Assembly (NCBI GenBank): GCA_964019335.1
Contig: OZ025744.1
Span: 186,001-250,000 of the forward strand
Reading direction: 5' to 3'
DNA from: Diplonema japonicum
Lineage: Eukaryota; Protista; Euglenozoa: Diplonemea
DNA length: 64,000 bases
Part shown: one piece after another, positions 1 to 9,979 of the stretch
Layout: every line of letters starts with the position of its first letter
How positions within the stretch are numbered: position 1 is the first letter of the stretch
Notes under the pieces: model-generated
Databases searched by the model: none
The model's input: the letters and a program-made list of their open reading frames with translations, nothing else
What the model was told of the DNA's origin: nothing
Program-made: the position numbers and the translations under genes

Positions 1-538
1 CAGCAAGTGCTTTGGAAGCGGAGAAAGGTGCGCCTGTGCACATTGCTTGAATAGCGGGCTCGGCTCCGATAAGGCGGGGAAGACGTTGGGTACCACCAGC
101 ACCCGGGAGAAGACCGAGGTTTACCTCGGGGAGGCCGCAGGCTGATCTTTTCGTTGCGATTCTGTAGTGGCAGGACAACGAGACTTCACAGCCTCCACCG
201 AGGGCCACGCCGTCGATCGCAGCAACGACGGGTTTTGTCGACTTTTCCATCCTTCCGAGAAGTTCGACGAGGTTCGGTCCCTTCATCCCGCCGCTGAACT
301 CTGCGATGTCTGCCCCTGCACAGAACGCCTTTCCTTTTCCGGTCACAACCATCGCGTGCACGCTGCTGTCTGCGAGACATGCCTTCACGTGCTGGTCCAA
401 CCCGATACGGATCCCAGCGGACAGAGGGTTCATCGGCGGGTTGTCCATGGTCAGGATCGCGACCTTTTTCCCCCCGCTTTCAGCAAAGCTCAGGTGCACT
501 GTTCCCTTGGGGACGGGCTTGACTTTCGGCTTCGGCAT
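1..538 (-). CDS. Enoyl-CoA hydratase/isomerase domain protein, possibly the N-terminus of a bifunctional beta-oxidation enzyme; runs off the window start
   Basis: Hand translation from ATG at 538, preceded by an A-tract: [40 protein letters not shown]...[12 protein letters not shown]...[27 protein letters not shown]...[24 protein letters not shown]. Crotonase-family motifs. Not in the ORF track because the stop lies outside the window. Confidence 0.93.
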   Translation of the reverse strand, partial: MPKPKVKPVPKGTVHLSFAESGGKKVAILTMDNPPMNPLSAGIRIGLDQHVKACLADSSVHAMVVTGKGKAFCAGADIAEFSGGMKGPNLVELLGRMEKSTKPVVAAIDGVALGGGCEVSLSCHYRIATKRSACGLPEVNLGLLPGAGGTQRLPRLIGAEPAIQAMCTGAPFSASKALA

Positions 539-896
539 TTTTTTTTTTTTTTTTTTTTTTTTTTCTTTTCCCTTGTCTTTTCCCTCTTCTGTAAGGTAGA
601 AATGATAGTGGGGAAGAGGGGGGGAAAAAAGGAAGAAAAAAATGGTGAACCAGACATAAACCAAAAGAATATGAAAGAAAAAAAAAAAAAGAAAGAAAAG
701 AGGGCAAACAAAAAATCCAGAAGTGGGTGGGGGAAAAAGAAAAAAAGTGAAAAATAAATGGGGGGGAATAACGAAAGAGATTTTTCTTGGGGGGGGGTAA
801 GTTTTCATGGTTTAAAGTGCAGGATAGGGCACAGTAAAAAAGCTGCTTGATGGCTGTACTTGGGGGGAGGGGAGGGGGATTCTTTCCTTCCGTCTA

Positions 897-1139
897 TTAG
901 TAGTTATTATTGTTTTTGGTACTCAGTTTCTGCACCTGCACCTTACTACTTCCTGCGCCTGCTCCAGCCTCAGCTGCCGCTTTCTTTGCTGCTGCGGCCT
1001 CCTGCTTCTTCCGCATAATCTCGGCATCGGACTCTTTCGCTGCCTTGAAATCCTTACCGTCCGTGCGCTTCCCCTTGGACTCAGAAGCGTGTTTTGCAGC
1101 ATTCTTAGCCCTCGCCATGTCACGCTGGTTTCCGCGAGT

Positions 1140-1142
<3 letters not shown>
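897..1142 (-). CDS. SERF: Small EDRK-rich factor (SERF/4F5 family)
   Basis: MTRGNQRDMARAKNAAK...DAEIMRKKQ matches the 4F5/SERF signature; long A-tract before the ATG. Confidence 0.9.
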
Positions 1143-1180
<38 letters not shown>

Positions 1181-1253
1181 CCCGAAGTTGCTTTTTTTTC
1201 TTTTATTTAGACTGAAAAAAAAAAGGGGGAAAGAAAAAAAAACTACGTGTAAC

Positions 1254-1859
1254 TCAGCTAACTAATGCTCGTAAGGTAAGTGAGATTCTTACACTTCGTG
1301 GCACAGTTTCCTCAGTGGCAGGGTCTACATCCTCTGCTTGAGTGGGGATCTCGTGAGTGAAGTCGTAACGCGCGGGACCTGTCAGGATATACGCATCTCC
1401 ACGCGACAGGAAAATTGTTTGGACGGGACCGGATTTATCGGCAAAGATGAAGCTGGCAGACCCTGCAAGAGTGACACCGAAAATGAAATCTTGAAAGCGG
1501 AGAAGGTCGATGTGGGGGAGGATACCTTCGGCCTTCTCGTACCTATTCAAGATCAGCTGGTTAAACAATGTGGGGCGGTCTGGAAACGGTACCCCAGGAA
1601 GACCGTCCAGGATATCCGTAACCCCTGCCACCCAGGCAGGAAGGTCACCAAACCTCATTGCTTGGTTGTTGTCTCCCCCCGTGGCCCATCCCAAGGCCAA
1701 AGCGCTGGACAAGATATATTCGGTCCCTTCTTCGTTCATGAAATCCTCAATTACGTAAAGACCGGGGACAGACAAAATAGGTTGCACCCTTTGGGACCCT
1801 CGAAAACTCTCGTGTGACAATTGTATCTCACTCGGGAGGTCACCAAAGACCTCGTCCAT
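1254..1859 (-). CDS. AlkB-family 2OG-Fe(II) dioxygenase
   Basis: VPGLYVIEDF; NQLILNRY...GILPHID (HxD); YDFTHEI (distal His); RISLTLR (RxxxxxR). Confidence 0.88.
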   Translation of the reverse strand: MDEVFGDLPSEIQLSHESFRGSQRVQPILSVPGLYVIEDFMNEEGTEYILSSALALGWATGGDNNQAMRFGDLPAWVAGVTDILDGLPGVPFPDRPTLFNQLILNRYEKAEGILPHIDLLRFQDFIFGVTLAGSASFIFADKSGPVQTIFLSRGDAYILTGPARYDFTHEIPTQAEDVDPATEETVPRSVRISLTLRALVS

Positions 1860-1960
1860 CTCACTTCTTTCTTACTTTTTTTTTTTTTTTTTTTTTTGCT
1901 GATGTCGTCCCTGTGGCAAAAAAAAAGAACAAAAAAAATGGAGGGAAAAAAAATATCGTT

Positions 1961-3058
1961 TTACTTTGCTACAGCTTTGCTAAAACCCTCGTATGGCACC
2001 GTTAGTCGGTCGCCGCCTGCCATCTTTACAATGCCTGAGAATTTATCGGGGAGCATTTCTATCAATGTTCCGGTCTCGCCTCGCCTCTGCCCGCTCAAGA
2101 TGACAACCGGGTTCCCCAGCTTTGGGATAACTGTTTGCAAGTATGCTTGGTCAAGAGACAGCTTTGCGGGAGGGTCGCTTGTCTGCACGGTTGCCGAGTA
2201 GCCCTCATTCGAAACTGTTAGAACAACGCCTTTCTTGTTGTGGTATTTCCCGTCTTTAAGGGTTTTGTGAACAATCTTCACAGAGATGCCCGAAAGAGGC
2301 CAAGGGCGGTCGGCGATCGGTTTTTGCGTCGGTTCCTGTTTCTGTTTCTTCGGTTTTTTCTCTGAAGAATCGGCGCCGTCTTCGAAAAAACCGAGCCCGT
2401 CTGTTTTCGAACCCACGCTGGCCCGTGTGTCCATCGTCATTTTTACACTGGTATTGGTGTCGTGGTACATGGTTGGCTTCTCGGTTTCCGGGTTTTTCTT
2501 GTTGGCTGCTTCCATGACGGCCCTGGCTCGCTTTGCGTACTCGCGGCTTAAAGCTGCTTCTTCCTTTGAACGGAGGGAGGAAGCCTTGACGGCTTGGTCT
2601 TCGATTTCTTTTTCCCGTCTTTTTTTGTCGACGTCGACGAGTTTTATGCTGTATATGGTGCCCTTGCTTTGAGGGTCGATTCCCTCGAGAAGCTCTATTT
2701 TGTTGATGGATTTTAGGTGTTTCGCGAAATCCAGGATCGATCCCCATCGGGTGGCCGATAGTCTAGTGTTCTCGATGCTGTCCCCAAGATACTGCGCGTA
2801 GACCACGTTCAGCCGTACTACGTCGAAATTGTGCTTCACTCGTGCCACGTCGAGGAACGCCCGCTCGAACTCTGTGCTGAACTTCGCGATGAACTTCTCC
2901 GGATCGGTTGCAAACAGAGACATGGCGTCTATGTGGGCTTTCGACTTGCAGTGCATTTCAAACCCATTTTGATCTTTGCACTGCTTTCTACACATTTGAC
3001 ACCACAGTTTTTCTCGCTGCGACAGTTTCTGATTCCATTGTTTCGGGTTTGACGTCAT
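1961..3058 (-). CDS. KIN17: KIN17-like DNA/RNA-binding protein
   Basis: N-terminal C2H2 WCQMCRKQCKDQNGFEMHCKSKAH, ATRW winged-helix region, C-terminal KOW/SH3-like LQTVIPK...G.RG.TG. Confidence 0.92.
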   Translation of the reverse strand: MTSNPKQWNQKLSQREKLWCQMCRKQCKDQNGFEMHCKSKAHIDAMSLFATDPEKFIAKFSTEFERAFLDVARVKHNFDVVRLNVVYAQYLGDSIENTRLSATRWGSILDFAKHLKSINKIELLEGIDPQSKGTIYSIKLVDVDKKRREKEIEDQAVKASSLRSKEEAALSREYAKRARAVMEAANKKNPETEKPTMYHDTNTSVKMTMDTRASVGSKTDGLGFFEDGADSSEKKPKKQKQEPTQKPIADRPWPLSGISVKIVHKTLKDGKYHNKKGVVLTVSNEGYSATVQTSDPPAKLSLDQAYLQTVIPKLGNPVVILSGQRRGETGTLIEMLPDKFSGIVKMAGGDRLTVPYEGFSKAVAK

Positions 3059-3514
3059 TACTTTTTATTCCCTCTTTTTTTTTTTTTTTCCGCTCGTCCT
3101 TTTGGAAAGGGTCATTTAAAAAAAAAAAAAAAGAGGGAAAAAAGAACAAAATTTTAAACAAAGGAAGAGCAGGAAAGAAAGATCAACAAAGTAAAAAGTC
3201 CTCAGACTACAATCTTATTTTGCCCCCTACCCTCCTTTTTTTCCCCCCCTTCTTTTTTTTTTCTTCTCTCGTTTTATCCCTGCCATTCCAACAAGGTTAG
3301 GAGAAAATGATGTATTTGCACAGGAAAGGCGGAGACAAAAAAAGAAAAAAAAGAAGAAAAACGAGGGAGAAAAAAAAGAAATCACAAGCATGAACCGCAA
3401 GTTTTAGGACGTGCTTTCGCCTTCTTATTCTTGTTGATGTCTTGCGTTGGAAAATAAGGGGGGGGGGGGGGGGGGGGGAGGGCAAAATGGGGCGGGGGAG
3501 AAAGAAAAAAATCT

Positions 3515-4291
3515 CTACTCATCCTTCGGCATAGAAGGGTAGTAGAGATTTGGTAGATGCTCACCGTCCGCAGGCTGGGCTGCCTCCACAATGTGGTGTG
3601 GTTGCTCAGACACTGCTTCAAGCAGGCAGTTGATAGGAGGAAGGTCTTCTATCTCAGAAGGGAGGGAAAGCCCCGTGTCACATTGGATAAGATGTTGCTT
3701 GGGTTCTTCGGATTCGGCCTCGTGTGGTTGGTAGGGGAAGTCATGATCGTCTATTAGGGTGAAGGCACTGGGTTCTTCGTCGATATATTCCCTGTCAGAA
3801 ACATCGCAACTTGAAACAGTTCCCATGTTCCGAAATGGCCAAACTACGGCCTTCGCCTCACCAACGACCAGACCAGCAGGAATGGGCCCGTATGTCCGGG
3901 AATCTGTGGAACAAGCCGTGTTGTCGCCCTCTACCCAGATGTGCCCTTCGGGGACGGTGACCGGTCCGGATTCGAACCTGCCTCCGTTTCGGCAGTACCG
4001 TTCTCCTTGGACCCCCACCAGTCGTTTTATGATCGTCTTTTCTGGGTGGGTTGGATTCCGGATGATGTACACTTTTCCCTTTACTAAATCTCCTGTTCTC
4101 TTCGGGAAGCCGTATTTCAGCACCATTACTCTGTCGCCCCGGCTTGCATCGAACGTCGGCAGCATTGACTGCCCTTTCACATTGCACACATCCAGGTAAA
4201 AAGACCCCCAGTTTCCCCCCAACAACCCCAGCGCAAAATACCGCCCGAAATCAGCGGTTGGACTGCTGAAAAACCTAGAGCTCCATGTCAT
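3515..4291 (-). CDS. Mitochondrial inner membrane peptidase IMP1/IMP2 (peptidase S26)
   Basis: GQSMLPT catalytic Ser, IIKRLVG catalytic Lys, VPEGHIWVEGDN...STDSRTYGPIP. Confidence 0.9.
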   Translation of the reverse strand: MTWSSRFFSSPTADFGRYFALGLLGGNWGSFYLDVCNVKGQSMLPTFDASRGDRVMVLKYGFPKRTGDLVKGKVYIIRNPTHPEKTIIKRLVGVQGERYCRNGGRFESGPVTVPEGHIWVEGDNTACSTDSRTYGPIPAGLVVGEAKAVVWPFRNMGTVSSCDVSDREYIDEEPSAFTLIDDHDFPYQPHEAESEEPKQHLIQCDTGLSLPSEIEDLPPINCLLEAVSEQPHHIVEAAQPADGEHLPNLYYPSMPKDE

Positions 4292-4828
4292 CAGGCTGTT
4301 CCTGTAGTAAGTTATACGCCCTGCCCTCTTTTAGAAAGTACTCCAAAAGAAAGGTCTATAAAAAGAAGGGGGAAGGAGGGGTTAGAATAAAAAAAGGGGA
4401 GAATATAAAAGAAATCTTTTCCAGTCCCCTCCCCCTTTTTTTTTCTTTTTTTTTTTTTCTTTTCTAAGTGGAGAGGATTCCTTATCTACACACTAGTCAA
4501 TTTTTTTTACCATGGTTAATTCTTGCACAACCCCCTTCCCTCCTCACCCCCTTTTTATTGTGTTAAAAAAGTCAGTCGCTTGTTAAATTCTGTTCATATA
4601 AACCCACCCATTTCTTTTCCCCCTCTTCTTTTCAAAACACTGAAAGGTGTAAAAAGAAAGTTAAAATTATCACGCAAGCCCTCTAGCTGGCGTTTTTATA
4701 AAGGAAAAAAGAAAGAAAAAAAAAGAATCCCGCCGAACAAAAGCCTCGTTATTGTTATGTGTTAGGGTGGAGAAACAATGGGAAAAAGATGGGGAGGGGA
4801 AAAGAAAGAAAAGGAAGGGGAAAGCTGT

Positions 4829-5877
4829 CTAATCTCTGCGGAGAGGATGCACTAGTCTCTCCACTCCATCCTTTGTGATGACGAAGATTTCGGCAGCATC
4901 ACCTGTTGAATGTAATGTTAATTTAATTTAATTTAATTCTATGAAAAAAATTCTCCTACGCGGATTCGAACCGCGGTCGCGGGATTCAGAGTCCCGAGTG
5001 CTAACCACTACACCATAGGAGAGACGGGATGCCGCCGCTCCGAAAATTTAAGGGGTGCAATCGAAACAACACATCAATGTATTGTCCCGCGAGAAGGAGG
5101 AGTTGTTGGGTCAGACAAGGGCCACCTGTTCTGTCCCCCCCAGCCTTTGCTTTGCATGTCAGTGGTTCATTTATTTATTAAGAAAAGTGTCATACCGGTT
5201 TCCAGATCTCTTTCAGCACCGGAAGAAAGTGCATCCTTTGCAAGGTCGATCGCCTCGTCCTTGCTGATATCGGTGAACGGTCCCTTGCCTGTCATGTTGC
5301 CGCGGTTGAGGTAGCAGTCGAGGATGGGCTCAACGAGGTCTCGTGCGGAGCCAGTGACGGCGTGGGTCTTGTCACGGTGAATGCAACCGACAACATCGTA
5401 AGAGTAGATTGCGCCGTTGCCATCCGCGTCTATGCCGCAAAGGATGTTGTAGGTGTAGAGGGGGAACATTCTGCGGTTGTAAAGCATGCCGGAGAGCATC
5501 TGAGCCACGGCTTCGATCCCGGCAACCTTCTTGTTCTTGTATTCATAGATCGAAAGACGGTGTTTAATATTCTTGTGCAGGTAGTTCCTGTCAGCCATCA
5601 TCCCGCCGCTCACCAGCACCAGGTCCCCCTTGAACTGACTGCACTTCGATGTCTCCCTGTTCATGATGCTGTACCCGTTGCTCATCCTTGTGTCAGCCGC
5701 CACCACAACGAAGTCTTTCCCGCTGATCGCCAGCGTGGTGCCACCGTTGTCTTGGTACGGGTTCCACCCGGCTCTTTCGTGCATGCCTGCTGCAAGAGGC
5801 GCACTAGGGTCCACCTCTTTCGTTGCCAGGTCCGCCCTCAAGACCACATTGTTGAACGCCGGCTGGATCGCTTGCAT
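4829..5877 (-). CDS. PSMB1: 20S proteasome beta-6 subunit (PSMB1/PRE7); two exons, 5877-5196 and 4902-4829
   Basis: WNPYQDNGGTTLAI...AADTRMS...RRMFPLYTYNILCGID...AERDLETG. Removing a GT..AG intron (5195-4903) restores the conserved end GDAAEIFVITKDGVERLVHPLRRD*. Confidence 0.93.
4903..5195 (-). other. 293-nt spliceosomal intron of PSMB1 containing tRNA-Gln
   Basis: Donor GTATGA at 5195, acceptor TTCAACAG at 4903; splicing keeps the frame and restores the conserved C-terminus. Confidence 0.88.
4951..5022 (-). tRNA. tRNA-Gln(CUG)
   Basis: TCTCCTA/TAGGAGA acceptor stem, D-arm TGGTGTAGTGGTTAGCAC, anticodon arm CGGGA-CTCTGAA-TCCCG, T-arm GGTTCGAATCC, followed by a T7 terminator. Confidence 0.93.
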
Positions 5878-6320
5878 TTCAAAGCTTTTTTTTTTTTTTT
5901 TTCTTCTCTTCCCTCCTACGTGTTAATTTCGATGGTGCTGAGCAGGAAAGAAAGAAATAAAAAAGAAAAAGACGGAACCAATTACCCGCGCTAAACTTAT
6001 TCAAACTGCCTCCCTTTGTCTTAATATCACCCCTCTTTCTTTTTCGTTTTTTTTTTCTTTTTTTTTTTTCTCCCTCTTTTTTTGTGCTAGATACGAAAGG
6101 GGAGAAAAAAAAGAGAAAAAAAGGGGAAAAGGAATAGAAAACCATAAAAAGGTGCCGCTGGGGTGTCTTCAGTTCGTCTCCTTTTTCTGTTTCAATCATT
6201 AAGCTACAAACACGGTGAGCAAATTCGCGTGCCGTGTTTGTAGTCTTTCTCATAATCATTTTGATAATTGGGGGGAAGGTGTTGGAAAGGAAAATATAAA
6301 AAAAAAAAAACCCCCTCCCA

Positions 6321-8447
6321 CTATTGTCCTTGCTCTGTCTTCCGTTTCTTCTTCGGGTTGGCCTTCTTGTTCTTTGCCGCCTCCGCTTCTTGTTGCAGCC
6401 GTTTCTGTTGCTTGGCAAGGCGGTCTTCTTTGATTTTCTTCTCTCGTGCCTCAATGATCTCGTGGTTCATCCTCTTCTTGTCCTCATCGATCTTAGCATA
6501 GTAGTCTTCAAGGATACGTAACCGAACATTCATCTCCAAAAGACGCTTGCCGCAGGAAGGTGTGATGGTCATGAGATCGAACCCGAGCGCAGCCGTTATG
6601 CCTCCGGGTGTGGGCGGTGGGGTTTTCGGGTACCGCTGTGAAAAATGCGTCAGGACTGTCAGTTTCGCTTGCATTCTCTCACCCACAGAAAAGGCTTCCG
6701 AGACAGTACTGTGACATTTCGAGACAGCATCTTCAGATTTTTCATCCTCAAAAGTCGCTTCGTGCACCAACATGTCGCAGCCTTCCCCTGCTTCCACGAC
6801 CTTCTCACACGGTCTCGTGTCTCCCGAATAGACTATCTTCCACTTTGGGTCGTTCCCTGTCACAACACATCCCCATGCATCAGAACAGTGCTCAACCGGG
6901 ATCGATCTCACCTTCACCCCTTCTCCGATAGTTTCTTCGTTGTCGCTGCACACCTTGTAAAGATAATTCAACTCCACAGCTTCTTGAAAAACCTCGAGGT
7001 ACTCCTGAAGTTCAATAGGACCGATCACTTGCACCGGAGAAATCCCGTGGTGCACCTGTGCTCGTCTCTGCAGCAGCGTGGCCAACCCAACATGATGGTC
7101 AGCGTGAATATGTGATATCCAAATCATGTCCAGCCCACCAAGAACAGCGTCAACATTTCTCACCCGTCGGATCTGTCCAAGGGTACCCTCACCGCTGTCA
7201 AGTATAACGTACCTCCCTCGAGAGGTTTCGATCAACATCGACGTGACGTTGCGGTACTTTGAGGGCATCATCCCCCCAGTCCCCAATAGAGTCAGGGAAG
7301 GATACTCGGGTACGATTTCGGTCGAAGCTTCGTTTTTCAAGGTTTCTTTCAATTCAGGCGGCCAGTTTGAACGGCCTTCTTCAAGTTGCAAGCCTGCCCG
7401 TGCATCTTTTGATGAACCTTGTTCCGTGGCCTGGCCTGATGTAACGTTCAGCGTTTCAAGTTGTTTCATGGGGGGCCCGACTGTAAGGACTGGGCGGGTT
7501 GCTGTCCAGTCAAGGTCTTCCGCGGGGAAAAGATAAGGCGAAACGGCATGGAGCCTATCATGTTGGAGAGCGGAGCTGTAGAAGACAGTATGTTGCGACA
7601 CGGAACTGAAGAATTGAGGTGCTGTGATGAAAGAAAAGCCGGCCTTGTACGTCTCGTCTTGTATCACATGGCTGACGTGATAGACGCCCTTGACCTCGAC
7701 ACCTTCTTCCGGTTTGCAGAAATTTCTTATTTTGTCTGACATTGGTGATGCAATGACGAAAACGCGGACAGGAGGGATAGGGGCATCGAGCACTTCGTGC
7801 GGTTGGACCATCCTCCCTGGTATCGTGTCCGATTCAACCGTTTCCCCGTTTTTTAGCCACGCCCTTTTGCGACCCTTCACACCTAACTCGTTAGCTTTAT
7901 TAGGTAAAAATTTACCGGGCTGCTCTGCAATGTCCAGCCTATACGAGACACATCCATCTATATTGATTCCCGAAATGGTGTACTGCGGTGTTGTGTCAGA
8001 GGTGTACACTATGCTTGGAGCGGGTTCGAACGCAAATTCGTGGAGCTTATAGAATCCAGGGCAGCGCATGAACGGCTCACACGTTTTAATCAGCTTCTTC
8101 AGAGGAGAAGGTCCTGACACAGTCACCGCGTCTTTTTCGGCACGAGTCGCGTGGTGCACACCGCCCGCTTTCATTGCCCCTGTTATCGACTTCATACCGT
8201 CTTCAGCATTCTTTGTTCTCTCTTGTTCTCTGAGCGTCAGCAGCATTCCAGGAAGCCCGAGCATTTCCTCCGGGTGAACTCTGGTCAGAAACAGGCCTTG
8301 TACCTTCATCATCTTCGTCTTCGCCTCTGTGCAATATCTTTGCGTCCCCTCCGGGACATTGAATAGAAATCGTTTTTCGTCAAAGAATAGAAGTATCGCA
8401 CGTGATCCAAACCCATCGCACCCTAACGCTTGGCAATACACCCTCAT
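6321..8447 (-). CDS. ELAC2: Long-form ribonuclease Z (tRNA 3' processing)
   Basis: FLFNVPEGTQR, LLGTGGMMPSKYRNVT, LDSGEGTLGQ, SHIHADHH (HxHxDH), YSGDTRP, HEATF, HST, LTHFSQRYPK. Confidence 0.95.
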   Translation of the reverse strand: MRVYCQALGCDGFGSRAILLFFDEKRFLFNVPEGTQRYCTEAKTKMMKVQGLFLTRVHPEEMLGLPGMLLTLREQERTKNAEDGMKSITGAMKAGGVHHATRAEKDAVTVSGPSPLKKLIKTCEPFMRCPGFYKLHEFAFEPAPSIVYTSDTTPQYTISGINIDGCVSYRLDIAEQPGKFLPNKANELGVKGRKRAWLKNGETVESDTIPGRMVQPHEVLDAPIPPVRVFVIASPMSDKIRNFCKPEEGVEVKGVYHVSHVIQDETYKAGFSFITAPQFFSSVSQHTVFYSSALQHDRLHAVSPYLFPAEDLDWTATRPVLTVGPPMKQLETLNVTSGQATEQGSSKDARAGLQLEEGRSNWPPELKETLKNEASTEIVPEYPSLTLLGTGGMMPSKYRNVTSMLIETSRGRYVILDSGEGTLGQIRRVRNVDAVLGGLDMIWISHIHADHHVGLATLLQRRAQVHHGISPVQVIGPIELQEYLEVFQEAVELNYLYKVCSDNEETIGEGVKVRSIPVEHCSDAWGCVVTGNDPKWKIVYSGDTRPCEKVVEAGEGCDMLVHEATFEDEKSEDAVSKCHSTVSEAFSVGERMQAKLTVLTHFSQRYPKTPPPTPGGITAALGFDLMTITPSCGKRLLEMNVRLRILEDYYAKIDEDKKRMNHEIIEAREKKIKEDRLAKQQKRLQQEAEAAKNKKANPKKKRKTEQGQ

Positions 8448-9105
8448 GTTTATTTCTTTCCTTTACTTGATTTTTTTTTTTCTTTTTTTTGATTGAGAAT
8501 TCATTATCATTGTTTTCTTGTTCAAGCAAAAAAAAAAAAAACTAGTTCGGTGCTTCAAATGTTTGTGCGCATGAGCAGGATTTTACCTAATAAAATAGCT
8601 CATTATTGTTAAAACAAAAAACAAAGACAGTGCGGGGATGGCCACGTGCTGGTTACGGTCTTGGTCCCCCCAAAATCCATAGGACGATCCCTCAATAGAG
8701 TGCGGAGTAGGCCGTGGAGTGCAGTCGAAAAAAATTACTAGGGAACTGGTGTTCAATAAAAAAAGGATAAAAACAGGAAAAGAAGGGAAGAAGAAGAAAA
8801 AAAAAAAGAAACAGGAAAGGGGGGGAAAAAAAAAGGATATATGAAAGACAGTCTAACGTTCCTCTCTGTGGGCAAAAGGCCCATGGTTACATACCAAAAT
8901 CATCACCGTTATTACCGGGAAAAATTCCTCCACCCCCCGTCCCCCCCGCCTGGTAGTGGAATAATTATTATCGGGAAAAATTCCCGATAATAGAAAGAAA
9001 AAAAAATTCAGATTGGGTACTAAACCTGTTCTGTCCCCCCCCCCCCCAGCCTTTGCTTCGCACGTCAGTGGTTCATTTATTATTATTATAAAAAAAATTC
9101 CCGCA

Positions 9106-9187
9106 GCAGACGTACCCAAGTGGTTACGGGGCTCGCCTGCTAAGCGAGTGTGCTCTGCATGCGCAGGTTCAAACCCTGCCGTCTGCG
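9106..9187 (+). tRNA. tRNA-Ser(GCU)
   Basis: GCAGACG/CGTCTGC acceptor stem, anticodon arm CTCGC-CTGCTAA-GCGAG, long variable arm, GGTTCAAACCC T-arm, G73, T-run terminator. Confidence 0.93.
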
Positions 9188-9230
9188 ATTTTTTTGGTCA
9201 AATCCGGTTTAAATTGAGGACAAAAAAAAT

Positions 9231-9312
9231 CGCAGACGGCAGGGTTTGAACCTGCGCATGCAGAGCACACTCGCTTAGCAGGCGAGCCCCGTAACCACTT
9301 GGGTACGTCTGC
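9231..9312 (-). tRNA. tRNA-Ser(GCU), identical inverted copy
   Basis: Exact reverse complement of 9106-9187, convergent, with its own T-run terminator. Confidence 0.93.
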
Positions 9313-9412
9313 TGCGGGAATTTTTTAATAATAATAAATAATAAATATTCCACTACCAGGCGGGAGGATCGAAGGGGAGTAGAGAAAACCATTCAAGGGA
9401 AAGGGAAAGGGA

Positions 9413-9765
9413 CATCACTTCAAACCAAGAGAGGTGTTTGAAAGTGATTCGTGAAAAGCAGTCTCTGTTACTGAGCCATTGGTCGAGGGGTCCTGGTCCG
9501 CTGCTCCCTGTAGTAAATTACTTGGACCCCCTCACCACGCTCTTTTCATAATAAAATAAAACCGATCCCACCCACCAGGCAGCACCTGGGTCTCGAGGCA
9601 TTAGCCGCCTCTAGTAACAAGAGACGACCTCCCAGATTTTAAGAACTTTGGAGGAGTTTCAATTGTGAAAAATTAACCAGCTGACTGTGAAACTCCACCG
9701 TCTGCTGGACTTGTTGGGCTTTCGGGAGCCAATAAATTCAATTCAATTAAGTTTCGTTCTTCAGT
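9413..9765 (+). ncRNA. Candidate structured ncRNA of unknown family, divergent from tRNA-Ser
   Basis: Several complementary stems (ATCACTTCAAAC/GTTTGAAAGTGAT; GTCTCTGTTACT/AGTAACAAGAGAC; GAGGGGTCC/GGACCCCCTC; GGAGTTTCA/TGAAACTCC); starts ~100 nt from the tRNA 5' end; ends in a long T-run. Confidence 0.4.
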
Positions 9766-9786
9766 TTTTTTTTTTTTTTTTTTTTT

Positions 9787-9819
<33 letters not shown>

Positions 9820-9979
9820 TTCTCAAAATAAAGGAATTCAAATCAAGCTCGATTGAATTTTTTAAATAATAATTTAATAATAGAATTTTTCCCGGTAATA
9901 ACAGTGATGATAATTTTGTTAGTTTCCTGGAAAGGAAACGACAAAGAAAATAAAGACAAGAGAAAAACTACAAACACAT

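Noticed and set aside
167-757. 196-aa + strand ORF and other poly-F/poly-K ORFs across the window
   Set aside because: Antisense to real genes, or produced by homopolymer runs.
8625-8755. GC-rich island upstream of RNase Z as a possible snRNA/snoRNA
   Set aside because: Only weak stems, with no clear box or snRNA motifs.
9500-9525. TGTAGTA as a U2 branch-pairing motif
   Set aside because: Lacks the flanking GCUAAGAUCAA and U2 stem I context; the RNA cannot be assigned as U2.
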